Origin: Raillietiella orientalis
Lineage: Eukaryota
Assembly (NCBI GenBank): GCA_036172245.1
Contig: JAYWIR010000025.1
Span: 1,178,001 to 1,242,000, forward strand
Direction of reading: 5' to 3'
DNA: 64,000 nt
Shown here: positions 1 to 12,019 of the stretch, piece by piece
How positions within the stretch are numbered: position 1 is the first letter of the stretch
How the letters are laid out: each line of letters starts with the position of its first letter
The notes under the pieces: model-generated
What the model was told of the DNA's origin: nothing
Databases searched by the model: none
Seen by the model: only the letters and a program-made list of their open reading frames with translations
Translations under genes and position numbers: made by a program

Positions 1-1400
1 AGGAGATCCTGAAATGAGAATCAAGCAATAGAGTGAGAGCAGGTTCGATCCTTCCACAGATTTCAAAGGGCAGATGGCGGCTAGATGTGCTCGAGTTCTA
101 CCCTCTCAAAGAGAAACTTTGGGAACAGATGTGCTTTTCCTGGTCGGCCGGTCGATTCGGCTTCCACCTGGACCGCACTGTCGGATGACGCAAACTCAAC
201 GGCCATGGCAATTGCCGAAAGTTACAATTTGTGAGTGGGAGTGCAAATTCTTATGGCTCTTCTGAGACTCATGGGAGCGTGCAGCAGCACTGCAAAGCCG
301 CCTTGGAGAATGCGTATCGACACGGTGCGAAATCTTTGCACGCAGCATCCTAATGATTTTGAATGATGATAATAATCCCAATGAATAAATCAGAGAAAAA
401 AGCGGATCACAGCAGCCACACTTTCCATGAATTCCTTTGCTTTTGGTATCACGACTAGGTATGTCTTTAGAGAAGACAACCCCAAATCTGTTGATGGTGT
501 TGATGAGCTGTTGATGGCAAGTCCATAAAGACAGGAGCTCAAAAAGACAGTCATGTGCTCGAAATAAATCCCTATGGCTTCCTTCTTGTCGAAGGCCAGG
601 AACACAAAAATCGCCTCCTGAAACATCAGTGGTTGTGGCCCCAGGTTGTTGCCCGCGTCGGAGGCTCTGTGGTTGAGGCTTCCGTGCGTGGCACGAATCG
701 CGGTTCGAATACTTCGGCAGAAAATGACGGCACTGCGTCGTGGGGTTCCGAGTTTCTCCTGCAATGGCGCTGGGTGACCTAATCATTCGGGAGTGGCACC
801 AGCGGTGGATTAAGCCGGAGACCCCCGATGAAGGCCGGAACAATGGGAGTCGACCTTAGGGTCCCCCCGGGAATAAAGGATTAGGGAGTTCCCCTTCCTG
901 TCGTGCAACGGAGAGCGGATCCCCTCACCGGGGGACCCCACCTGTTTCAAGATGGAGCAGGAGCCTTCACGAGCACCTCTCCAGCTGTTCGAAGGAGAGG
1001 ACCTCCCCTGTTGCGTGGGGGGGGACCCTCTGAGTCGTCGCCTCTTTACAGAGTGCAAGGAAGCAAGCGAGAGAGATTCCCTGCGGGAAGCTCAGCGCCC
1101 CTTCTGAATTTCGGAAGCGTCCCTTCGGGTTCTCTTCAGAGGAGTGAACAGGAGCGGTTCCCTTGCGGGTTTCCTCCGGAGAAGATATTCCTACTAGCAG
1201 ATTCTTTCCGGGTTCTCTTCAGATAAGTTGAAATGGGGAGGACCACCCCTCATTAGGGAGTTTCCCTCCGGAGAGAATGAGGAAGGAGGTTCCCTTTGGG
1301 GTTCCCCTTCGAAGACAACCACGGTGGGAGGTGAGATCCAAAGAGAAGGAATGGACTCCGAGCCCTTCCAGGATTCATAGGGCGGACACCAATCCCGGGG
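1..1400 (-). mobile_element. Possible decayed LINE 5' region/ORF1 (runs off window start)
   Basis: GC-richer block. A minus-strand ATG near 1379 leads into a low-complexity S/P/E/G/N repeat and then broken protein-like frames (VTF-RQLPWPL, YLVVIPKAKEF). No diagnostic motif. Confidence 0.2.
880..1320. repeat. Degenerate interspersed short repeat (GGGTTYYCYTCMGA-like)
   Basis: Copies include cgggttctcttcagagg (~1126), cgggtttcctccggaga (~1166), cgggttctcttcagata (~1209), gagtttccctccggaga (~1258) and gggttccccttcgaaga (~1299). Confidence 0.55.
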
Positions 1401-1619
1401 CGCCCCCTATCCTGAAGAATTACACGTTGTCACAGGGGAGAGGCGTGGAAACAAAACAGTGTGTTTAAAAGAGCCACGTGCGCCGCAAGGCACCCGACCA
1501 GCTCTGAAGTTATTAGCGAACCAAAAAAAAGAAAACTCTTAAAAAAAAAAAAAAAAGCTCGAAGGAAAACACCAGGAAAAAAGGAGAAGGATCACGCGAA
1601 CCATCCGGCGTGACCTCAA

Positions 1620-2100
1620 CGTGTGCTTCCAGGGAACTCAAGACATGGGTTACAAGATCTCTGGCGCTTCATGGAGTGGCATGGATGCCCCCTGTTTGGA
1701 AGCGTTCATCTCCTAGTGAAGTGCACTGTCCTCACAAAGGAAAACGAGTCTGTGGAAGCTGTGCAGACAATCTCGCGCAGCTATGCCGCACTGAAGAACA
1801 TCATCATCGTGGCTGATCTCAACATCCTGTAGGCAAGAACTCAACGGATTCCGAAGCAAGCATGGTGTATCAGCAGTCAGCTGAAGAATTCAGCATCAGG
1901 AGGAGGACCGTTCAGTTAATTTTTCTCGGTGAGCAAATCGAAGCATCCTCGAAACGAAAGGATACTCGGACTTCTGCATAGAGGAATGATGGAGACTCTG
2001 GAAGACAGCTCAGCTTCCATATTCCTGAAGAGTGTGACTGAAAGAAGCATTACAAAACGAGGAGGACGGTCGTGGCAGTTCACAGATCTGCAATGCTAAC
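1620..2100 (+). mobile_element. LINE APE-endonuclease fragment
   Basis: ORF 1623-1832 ends KNIIIVADLN, resembling the APE motif hhhGDFN; stops follow. Confidence 0.45.
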
Positions 2101-2149
2101 CGAGGAGAGAAATAACTGCAGTTACAACAAGTAGGCTCGAGACTCAGCC

Positions 2150-2550
2150 TTTTAAGGTCACGTGGACAGCCGCCTAGCTCTATTCGTCACTATCCACATA
2201 ATCGTTCCGTCGAGCGCCGCCGCCATTTTCATACTTTTCAAGAAGATACATGAACGATGCACATCATCATCGGCTGACTAGTTTCTCTTCTTGCCGTCCA
2301 CATTCAAGTTCCCGGCTTTCATTTAGTACAAGCTCTTGAAGACCGCCTCTGCTGGCCGTGACGACAACCGAGAAAACTTCCTCAGTTTGTGCTGCCAATC
2401 GACTGTATCTCTCCCGTTGTCATTTGGACAGTCATTCGCTCCTCTTCGCGATTGTCTGGAAGAATGATTAGCTTCATCAAACTGTAGTTCATCTCTTGTT
2501 TCATTCTTGGAAGAAATCGGAGATGGAACACCTCTGCGTCAGTGATACGC
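2150..2550 (-). mobile_element. LINE RT fragment (domains 4-5)
   Basis: Minus strand reads KAGNLNVDGKKRN*SADDDV, resembling G+.+.G.+..L.YADD; ADD at ~2266-2274. Confidence 0.5.
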
Positions 2551-2749
2551 GTCGCCACTTATTGCATCCATCTACGTGGAATGTGGTGATGTCCATGGAA
2601 TTCTACGTTGGTTTTTCGTTTTTTTTTTTTTTGGTTTTCACCCTCTCCTTTAGAAAATTCTGACTTTCCCTGAAAGATGGATGGCTGTGGAAGGACATTT
2701 TTCTTTCGCTTTAGAGTCAGCCATGCGGGAAGTTTTTGAAAAATGGAAT

Positions 2750-3420
2750 TGCAGTATTTGATCTGAAATTCTCCTCCCCAGATCGGCAACCACTCTCAAC
2801 ACAGCCTATTTCTTGCTTTCAATCCACAGATGCCGATCCACCAGAGGCGACATGGGATATAATTTTCTACCTCCCTGCTCCTGAGGACTGGGATCGGGCG
2901 CCCAGAACGCTTCCATTTATTATTTCAGATGGACGATACCGGGACTTCTCATTCTCCTGACGCTTTTCGATATGCAAGTGCTTCCAGATGATGACTGATA
3001 TTTTTTGTACCTCAAGGAGGACTCTTTGAGATTCTAGGAAGCACAAGAAGACCAAAGTTCTACAGCGATTTCATATGCATTCAGAGAATTTCGAGAGATG
3101 AGGTGAAAAAGCAGAACTCGAAGAAAAATTCAAAAAGCTTCCTTTTTTTTTCTCGCTTCCTTTTATACTTTTGTTTTCAAGGAATGGAATCTTCAAATAC
3201 CTGCAATTATTTTATGAAAACCTTTCAGGTAGTTGAGGCTTTGATTCGAGATCCGGAGGATATCAGAGATACTCCCGAATCAACCTGTACTATGCTCATA
3301 GAAGCCGATACTGTGATCTCGAGTGTTTCTGTTGCTCTCTTGGAGTTATCTCTTTTATTGAACTCGGAACTAGGAAAGGATTTCAGAGGTCACACCTCTG
3401 TCTTTTGAGCATTCAAGAGA
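2750..3420 (+). mobile_element. Possible APE-endonuclease fragment
   Basis: IIFYLPAP (~YAP), FIISDGRYRDF (~IIxGDFN), NTCNYF (~IDY) and GHTSV (~SDH) occur in order but are weak. Confidence 0.3.
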
Positions 3421-3699
3421 CCTCAGAATCTAGAAGCCCCAAATACGAACGTACGTGAAAGAGAATCCAGCCCATCATATAAGTCATCATCATCATTATA
3501 AACCATGTTCACAGTGGACTTAAAAGTTTTTCGGGAAGTTGAAAGCCAAGTCAGCGTGACCACCCTTCGTTTTGTTTTCATTCTCGTATTCACTGTCGTG
3601 CATGATCTGGAAAAAGGTACACGGAATCTTTGCACGGTTTTCCAAATTCGTCCTTCCTCGAGAAGAAAATCCCCAAATGTGAAATGGTCCAGAATAGGT

Positions 3700-4760
3700 A
3701 CAGAATGGGCAAAGCCACAGAAGCGCATCAAAGTGGAATCATCTTTTCATGTCAATGAGTTCCTCAAGAGATTCTTAAGTTCTCAATTCTCAGGGGGCTC
3801 TTCATGTTGATTGGGGACCACTAGAAGGTCCTGGAAGGCAGCACAGTATGCGTGCCGTTTGGAGAAATGAGTCTCTTTCCATGAAACTTGCTTGAACTGA
3901 ACCCCTGTGAATTTTACCTTCCTTATAATAAATGCAGACAAAGTGATTCCATTTGGTATCTTGAAGAGAGGCATTTGAGAACAACAGGAGATTGAGGAAA
4001 TTCCAGGTGCCGTTCTGTTAGCATATGGCGAGTCCGTTTTGCATCGATGGCCGAAATCACCAAGTCTTTTGGAGATGGAATTACGCTTGCGCTCAGCATC
4101 AGTAGCCATTTTCAAAACGACCATCCTCCTGCTCCTTCAATGCTTTGAATATGGGACCTCGTTGACTTAGTAGCTGATTTCTTAAATCCACCGGAAACGA
4201 TGCATATCGGAGCTCCCAATCAGCACTCTTACCAGCTCAGAACTGCTTTGGTCCCTGCACGACATTAAAGCAGCATCGGTCGAACTTCCAAAAGTAAGAA
4301 GAAAACTGCATGTTGTCTTCTTGTCAGGAAAAAAAAGCTACTAATGAAGATCGATGTAGAACAAAACAGCAGATCTTAGTAAGAGATTCCCCCTCACATT
4401 GCACTGGAGATGACCAGGCTCCAAAGATGATTCCTGATCTTCCGATTCGGCGAAATCCACTAATAGGATGATCGCAGTTCCTTCAAGAAGCATCTATCTG
4501 TGAGCACTGAAAACTTTTCATTGCACTCAGAAGTGGCGAGATTGTGGTACGAAACGGCTGCTGCAACACATGAGTTCATCAACGAAAAGTTCCTTTACCA
4601 TGAAGGTAGACCTTCGACGGCGATGTAGAATGCTAAAGGGCAGCCAGTGATTTCGAAACAGAGCTCAAATGCTTCCAAGCCTTCCGACGGAAACATCAGC
4701 GACACCTTCGGAGAAGAGAATTTCTTGCTCTGACAACCACACGCAGTGAAAACTCAGCAG
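3700..4760 (-). pseudogene. Decayed DDE DNA-transposon transposase (DFAENY...HGKG..DG type; Sola/Zator-like group, family uncertain)
   Basis: Ordered minus-strand motifs: MVKELFVDEL (4601-4572), MLLEGTAIILLVDFAE (DFAE 4457-4446), IRNHLW, CCFV-IDLH, D-GAP, GWSF, GDFGHRCK, GVQFKQVS, LPGPSS, LCPFC. Many stops and frameshifts. Confidence 0.5.
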
Positions 4761-5793
4761 AAGGAAAAACCCTCAAAGGTCTCAGAACGGAAAAGTGGTT
4801 ACCTCCTCAGCTTTTGAGGAGCTGCAGTGAAAAAGAGCGAATGGAAACTCATGACGAGATAGCCTGGGGGCGATGAAAAACACAGTACTTATAAACGTAT
4901 TATTATCGCGCCATTCGGACCTCGACGTACCAGAAGTCCACCCTGTGATCGATCGCACCCTGGAAGACGCACACCTTCGAATTAACGCTTCACGTTTGCA
5001 AAGAGGAAGGCAAGCTGGAGAAGTCTGGACCGGATTTTCTTGGAATGTTACTATCTGTTTCTGGCAGGGAGGGACAAGAGACAATGCAGGCATCTCGCTT
5101 CGTCCGCCTGTAGCACTTCCCAATGCTGTTGGGGGCATTTCCGGAATTGTATTCCGTCGTTACAAAACTGCTCGTAATTAAGATGGATGAAAGTGATTGC
5201 TGGAGAAGTAAGGAGCACAGGTAGAGAATGAAAGGGAGGGAACGTTCTGAAGGGAAGAAAACAAAGAAGATATCGTGGGGACGTGTTTCGTTAAGGCTGA
5301 CAGAGTTCGAGTGCACGAGCTAGAAGACAACGCTGCTTGATTGGAGCTGCGACTGCTGGAGCGCAAGGAGAAAAGAGAAGCAGGAGAAGTACAGAGATTC
5401 AGAACAGATTGAATCCTGCAGGAGCAAACTGGATCGAAGAGATCAAGTTTGTAGAAAAGGAACACGGAAGAGAGTTGCTAAAGGGATTGTTTGAGACCTG
5501 ACAAAGATAATGATGAGATAAAGGGGAGATGAAGCAACGGATTGATCCAAAAATCCCATCATCGCATCATCAAGGAAAGTCAAATTTCCTTCCCCTCTCG
5601 TTTAGCTTTTCCTTTGCCACGAGTGTTTCTGGTGATCAAAAAGGATGTTGCGCAGAAATGCACGGGAGCTGGGGAAAGCAGAAACAAATGCGGCGGCGTG
5701 AGAGTGTGCAGATGAAGCGCCCGTTGACAAACATCCTCCAGAAATAGTGAGTCACATGCACACCCTACCATCTGTCACGGTCTAGTGCTGGAA

Positions 5794-5808
5794 CCCCCCC
5801 CCCCCCCC
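5794..5808. repeat. C15 homopolymer
   Basis: Directly visible. Confidence 0.95.
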
Positions 5809-6199
5809 TAGTCCACTGTTTAAAGTCAGGCTTTCCAGATGCTCAGCACAGTGGTGGAGATTTTCTGCTCCCGTTAAAAACGTGCAGTGCGAGAACCGCA
5901 ACCGATGAGCTACTTGTTGATTGGAACATTTTTCGCCTTTTTTTTTTTTTTCATTTTTTTTTCATCCAAAGAATTAGTGAGATGACCAATATGAAGACAG
6001 AAGTAGGGTTGCACGGAGATTTTCTCTCGGGAAGATTTTCTCTTTCTCTCTCGATTTTCTCTCTAGAACATTCTCTTTTTATCCCCTTTTAGGATTGATT
6101 TTTTCCTGGCAGCTCGCAAAAACACGTTCGATTTTCCTCTAGTGAGGATAGAGGAGTCTGGGAAGAGAGGGAATAGGTGGCTGTTAAACGCAAGCAGGC

Positions 6200-7000
6200 T
6201 AGAGAGGGAACTTCGGAATACAAGAAAAATTACCTCGTAGGAATGCGGTGGTTGTGAAAGACGGAAAAAATACAGCAAGGAGTCAATGGGATCTCGATGC
6301 GAGGAGAGGTACTGCTCATTGCCCAAGCAGTCACTAGTGGTGGCCCAAGATGTCGTCGACCCTCAAGAAGTTTTTTTTTCAAGAAGCAGAACAGTAACCG
6401 AACCGAACTGAACCTTGCTTCATAAGCTCCGAGATGCTGGTGCAGGAAGGTGTGGTGGCAAACAAATCCCGATCTTCCAGATTTCGAAGACGCTCTGTTC
6501 GAGGCAGCTGGAGAATCTTTGCATCACCCCGAAAATGCAGATATAGGCAGAATGGTCAGCGGTGAGTATCAGCACACCCAAATTGTTAACGGAAGGCTTT
6601 CACTGAAAGAGTACCCCATTTTTCTGTTCTCAGAGGAAGGACAAATTTTTTTTCCGCTCTTTGGGGAGCAAAAGTGATACCTCTTTAAAGTCACACATGA
6701 GTTTACAGACATAAGTTCGGAGCAAAAAAAAATTTGCGTGGATTGTTCCGGGGAATCGGCAACTGAAACTGAAATTTGCAATTGACTGCTACTTTTTGGG
6801 GGGAAGCCAACGTCTCTGTATCAGAAACATTAGGAACAATAAGAATGCGAGATTTAATGAGGGAGCACTCATGAATGATATATGCCATTAACCTAGGAGC
6901 CAAGATCTCGTTACATGAACACAGAGAAATGGGGTCCAGATAACCCTGAATCAGTCTTTACTAATGCTCTCAACCACTCACTATTGGTTAATGGAACTGA
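6200..7000 (+). mobile_element. LINE RT fragment (domains 3-6)
   Basis: PDFEDALFEA (~DF.KAFD), IVNGRLSLKEYPI (~NG..S..F.+), EEGQIFFPLF (~QG..LSPLLF), GVQITLNQS (~GL.IN..K). Confidence 0.5.
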
Positions 7001-7199
7001 GCTCAAAGCAAGTACTGGCTTGAGCTTGAGTGCTGCACTGGCCGCTTTGAGTCACCGCAATCCTAAGTTTTGAATAGCAAATTTTTCGAAATAGATCATT
7101 TTGCTCCTGTGACAACCCACCTAGTTGGAAGCACAAATTTCGTTTCGGGAAAACGACCACTAACGCGGAGATGCAAGACGCCTGACGCCGAACCCGAAC

Positions 7200-8720
7200 T
7201 CAGTTTCACCATCTATAAAATATATGACTTGAGTGTTTGCACTAATTCATCTACATTAAACATGAAGCAAACGTGGTTGTAAGCGTTGACCACCCCTACG
7301 CGTGTCGACTGGTGACATCAAAAATCATTAGAATCTTGTTCCATGCTCACAATCCTACAGGGCTAGGCCACACCACGACCTACTTTTTGGAGTTTCTACA
7401 GGATTCCAATTGAATGAATGCAAACTGCTTAAATAAATTGGACAAAATACAATGTGATGGTCTCCTACAAACTTTCCATACTGCTTCATTCTCCCATCAT
7501 CTTTCAGCGAACAAGTAGTCTTTCCAGGTTTGAAAACTGATGCTGTCTTATCAGAAGCATGGTATTCTCAGGGAATTCTTACGTAATTTTAATTCTCCTT
7601 GACCACGCATTCTTCCAGACGTGTAGTGGGGAATGAAGGACTGCTCATCTGCTGAGGTGTTCTTGTACGTATTGTAACTTTAATGAGATTCTTTACGAAG
7701 ATCTGTGGGGGAGCATCTTTCATCAGGTGGATCTGCTGTAGAAAATCACTGATCAGTGCAACTTGCACACAATATGGCGTTCTTAATGAGGGGATGGTTG
7801 GAAGAGAGTACCTGACACAGAAGTTTCTTAGAACCGTGTTTCTGGACTCCCTGCCCATGTTTACCTATTACGATTTTGGTGGATTTCCAATGGAATGAAT
7901 ATTGGAATAAGGCATCTCCAGAAAAGAGAATCCGAAGCTTTATTAAGGCATACATCGTAAGGGATGCAATGGTAGAGCACTTTGGTTTTTTTTTTTCTAG
8001 TGTCCGGTGAGTCCCTAATGTAGCAAAGTCTCTAAAGATCTCGAAAAGCATTTGAAGGATTCTTTTAATCATTCTGGCTGTAACATTCTGACTGAAAAAT
8101 ACAATTCCTCATCTTCTTTGGCCTTTAATTCAAGTCATCCATGTTCAAGGGAAACTGTCACGAGGAAGTTTTTACTCAGCATTGCTACAAACAGCAATCT
8201 TTTCCTAATTCAAGTTCTGAGCATTTCAATAGAAAAATTAGCTTTTCCAGAAGTTTCGTCTCATCTCAGTAAATTTTACAGGAGAACTTTTCTTTCAGGA
8301 ACGATTCTTTCACCCTCCTCATCCTACCTCGCTCAGAACCAAAGGGAGCATGTGTCATGGAAGTGATCAGATATTCTGGAGATGATATTCAATCCTTGAT
8401 CGCATTTTTTTCCTCCCTCTCTCGAGTACGTCCATTTTGAGGTCTTCCTTCTCTTTGCAATTTTCTGGAGCTGAACAATAAACCCCTTTTTTTTTGGCTT
8501 TCCTAGGTGGCGTCATAGTTCCTCACTGCTTCATTCAAAGAGTTTTTGGCAATCGAGTTCTGGAGTGCTTCATCTGCGAATATCCTTGAGATGGTTCACT
8601 TATGAACGCTCAAGCACCTCGTGTTTCCAAGGCCCACGAGTCATGGAAACGATGCTTCTGTTTTCAGTGAAATGAATCTGAATTCTTTTTAAATCATGCT
8701 GGCTGTAACATTCCGAAATT
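7200..8720 (-). mobile_element. LINE RT fragment (domains 0-3)
   Basis: NVTARMIK (domain 0), FHWKSTKIV (P..WK...I), FKPGKTTC (~GFR.GRST), HIVFCPIYLSSLHSFNW (~F+D+.KAFDS..W). Confidence 0.55.
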
Positions 8721-8759
8721 TTCCTTCTGAAGGTCTCAGACAAATTCGTTCATTCATTA

Positions 8760-9300
8760 GAAGACCCTTCGGGTGAGGTCACATTTTCACCCGGTGACGC
8801 CGAGGCGTTTATTTTGCAAAAAATAAATAAACTGACGAGTCGGGAAACAGGCAGTTCCTGAAACAAAAACAAAAAGAAAAGAAGATCATTTGGAGGGTCC
8901 ACTCACACTCAGGTCGAGATTTCTAAAAGTCAGGAACGGGAGGAAGGGGAGAAGAAGTAAATAAATAAACGTGATGGGTTGGGACGAGGGTCTTTGGTGT
9001 CTCGTTCCATCTTAAAAAACCGGGGGAAGTTTGGAATGAGTGGCAGGGGGTGAATCAAAAAATAAATAAACAAAAAATAAATAAAATAAAGGGAGGATGA
9101 CGACAGGAATCACCGCTGGTGGCCGTTCCTTCTATCTAAAACCGACGCTGGATGCCGGAAGTTTCCTTCTTGATCTCATGTTTTAGGTGGGGCCACCTAG
9201 CAGCGGTCTCACGCAGGCAGCTGCCATGCATTCCCTGCGCCCGAAACTTCAACAAATGGCGAGTCAGGTAAAGTCAGAAGGGTCTCCATGAGTCTACATG
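8760..9300 (-). mobile_element. 3' end of L1/Tx1-like LINE related to the 12.0-13.4 kb copy
   Basis: Shares ggcccca(c/t)ctaa, aa(c/t)tt..g(g/a)catcc and a following tttgtttatttattt tract with 12880-13030. Confidence 0.4.
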
Positions 9301-9560
9301 AGCAGCTTTCCTAGGAAAGGCACCTTTGGTTAGAAGAATTATAGAATTCCGCTTGATTGTTTGAAAAGGCTCTGCTCAGTTCGATGGTGCAAATGGCGGA
9401 ATAGATCTGTCAAGCTTCCGAGCCCGCCATAATCAGTTAGGAGATTCTGATCTCTCAGATTTGTTCAGATCATCTATAAATGCTGACTTTGCCTGCCGAC
9501 AGCGATGATGAAACGATTGACTCTGCTGCTCAAAACTGGACACAGCATTCTCATCGAGGA
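9300..9560 (+). mobile_element. APE-endonuclease C-terminal fragment
   Basis: LIV*KGSAQFDGANGGIDLS (~LN...TF.....IDL), CSDHL (SDH), then QNWT (~ANW). Confidence 0.5.
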
Positions 9561-10849
9561 TTAAGAGTGGCCTTCAAGGTTTGCGCATCGGAGGTCGACG
9601 TAAAACTCACTCAAAAGCCGAATTGCAGGGGGAAAAAGTTTTCATGATTTTGGATGATCGCGGCTCGCGAGGTCAGAGTTCAACCTACGCCTGGCTTCAG
9701 ACCAGGAAGAGTGCAGATACAAAATCCCGAATTTTTTCCAGCGGCGGAATCCCGGGAACATTCGTCCTGCTTTCCGATCATGGTTTGAGATCTCACGAGA
9801 GCTCTGGGTAGCAAGATGCCATGGTGATGACGTAGACTTTGTAAAGATGCTCGGCACCATTAGAAACGCACGTCATAGGTATGCAAACATCGATTCAGCA
9901 GGGCATTCATCTGCATGTCCTCAGAAGATGATGCCACATGGATATTTCGTCGTTTGAGCTCCCGCGCTCCTCAATCTTCCAAACTCCTCAAGTGATGCTC
10001 AGGATATGAAATGGGAGAAGAGCGTGAACGCGAGACGTGGTCGCCAGCGTGGAAGTTTTTTTCATTTTGATCCATGCAAAGGGACCAAATGCCATCTTAC
10101 GGGTGCATATATATGGAAAGGACGGAAATTTCTAGAAACTTGGAGAGAATTTTTAGGAAGCCACTTGTTCAGTTTCCTTCATAAACTTTATCATTTATGA
10201 AAAGATTTATCTTCGGAATTCAGTGGATCACCCAGATCGTAATCGGCGTCCATAGTAGCGTGCTGATCCGCTCAAATCATTCGAATGCAGCGGTTCAGTA
10301 GAAGAGTCCTGATTCGGAAGAGCATGCAGAAACTCCCTCCTCCAGTTAGGAAATCACCATAAAGGTATATGGAAGTGGCTGTAGAGAATGACCGCTCTTG
10401 CTGTGCATCTTTCCCATGGAGAGAAAGCCATACCTAAAATTCCGGTCCTCGGAGAGTGGGACTGGAACTAGGACCGTCCACAGTCAGCAGGAAACGGGAA
10501 CGTTTGGCACGCAAACTGAGCACATGATATACGTACGTGTGCATGTGTTCGTATGTGCGCAAGTCTGCGTTTTTCGCATTTCTATGAGCGCATTGATTCA
10601 GGACACATGTAAAAAAAAAAGAAAAAAGAAAGAGAGGAATAGAGGCAAGTGAGAAGGAGGCGGTATGCGTGAGGAGACAAGGGAGAGGAGAGTGAATCTC
10701 AGCACGAACAGGCGCCTGAGGCTAGGTCGACTCCTGGGGTAAGAACTGTGACCGTCTGTTGCTACCTCGGTACAACTGCAGCCGTGCAGAGCAGTAGCTG
10801 CCGCGACTGCGAGTGACTCGTGACCGATGTAGTCGCGGTAACTGCTTCC

Positions 10850-11400
10850 TTCGCGGAACCCAAAGGTCCGCTTCCTGTTCCTTGCTGACCCCCGCTCCTT
10901 TTACCTGCCTGATCGGATTCTTAGGAAGATGAAATTCTATGGAGCCCAAAACTCTTCGGGATCCATCCATGAGCATCCTTTTTCCTCCCTTGCACTTTGG
11001 AATTTCAGAATGGATGCTGAAAGTCGGAAACGCCTGCAGCGAATGCAGAGACCCCTCACTTCGGGAATGTGGTCGACCTCGAATCCTGTTAATCTGGAAG
11101 CTGGTCATCTCTCCCTCCACAAGTCCTCCCTCTGCAGGGAATGAGGATCCCACGGAAGTGCCGAACCAGCAGCTCTAAGAAGCTACGGAATTCGAATCGA
11201 CGGCAGGATCAGTTTGGCTGACGTCGTCCGCCGCTGCCGCGTGGTACCGCAGCCTGTCGTTCTTGCAGAGCGCAGCGAGCGTTACATCAGAGATTTGTTC
11301 CAGAAGTGGGGAGGAAGGGAGGAGAACTTCCAGGATTTCGCAGCTCCCGTCTGTGAGGACTGGACCATTTGCTTTCAATTATAAATCCGATTTCAACCCA
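10850..11400 (+). mobile_element. L1/Tx1-like ORF2 fragment (RT domain 7/thumb)
   Basis: RILRKMKFYGAQNSSGS, LWNFRMDAESRKRLQRMQRPLTSGMW and LLIWKLVISP...GMRIP (~V.W..+..P..GGLG+). Confidence 0.4.
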
Positions 11401-12000
11401 ATCCATTGAAGAAGAGGGGTGGGACAATTTAGTACTAGATCTCCTGGTGGGCAGAAGGAAGTAGGGGAAGCTGACGAGTGAAGGAGGAGGAAAACAGATA
11501 AATAAGTAAACAGATAAGGAAGGGAATGAGCCGGTCTATCAGTGAAAAATGACTCCCGAGGGCCCAACGATCGGAAAAGGGCAGCGGGGTTGCATTAACC
11601 AATCTCGTTTTCCTGGAGCTTTTCTCTCCTACCCCTTGCGGGTGGAGCCGCTCCGCCGCATCCAAAATCGTAGAGACGGCGATCTGCGGCGTTCTTCTGT
11701 TAACCCACCCCGCACCTCACTTATCACGGTCCCAGAGCATAGTCTCTGGATCCGAACACAGCACTTGCTGTATATTCACTGTCGAGCTCTAGAGGAAGGG
11801 ACGGCCACAGTGCCGCACATCAAGAGATGGAGGGGATCTGAGAGAACAAGGATCTCTGAAGACGTGAAAACCTCCACCCTACCATTGCCATCGAAGCTCC
11901 ACTGTACTAGGGAGGTCGTAGCATTCTGTGAAGAGGGACTGGGGTGGAAAAGTCGGGCGAGAATCCTGGATCTTGTCTTCAGGGGAACCCGAGGATGAGG
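11400..12000 (-). mobile_element. Antisense 3' fragment of a related L1/Tx1-like LINE
   Basis: Minus strand RILARLFHPSPSSQNATTSLVQW and SDPLHLLMCG parallel WLPELVDSSTLPLKWQESVLQLLHW and ESLPHLLVDC of the + copy. Tail ttatctgtttacttatttatctg matches ttatctatttgtttatttatttg at ~12998. Confidence 0.45.
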
Positions 12001-12019
12001 CGCGGCGGAACGAGCATGA

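Noticed and set aside
4873..5560. Coiled-coil protein gene
   Set aside because: Purine-rich E/K/R frame with many stops and no identifiable motif; probably TE-derived but unassignable.
6430..6570. Apparent host exon ending at G|GTGAGT
   Set aside because: The frame continues past the donor into IVNGRLS...EEGQIFFPLF, i.e. RT domains 3-4, so it is better explained as a LINE relic.
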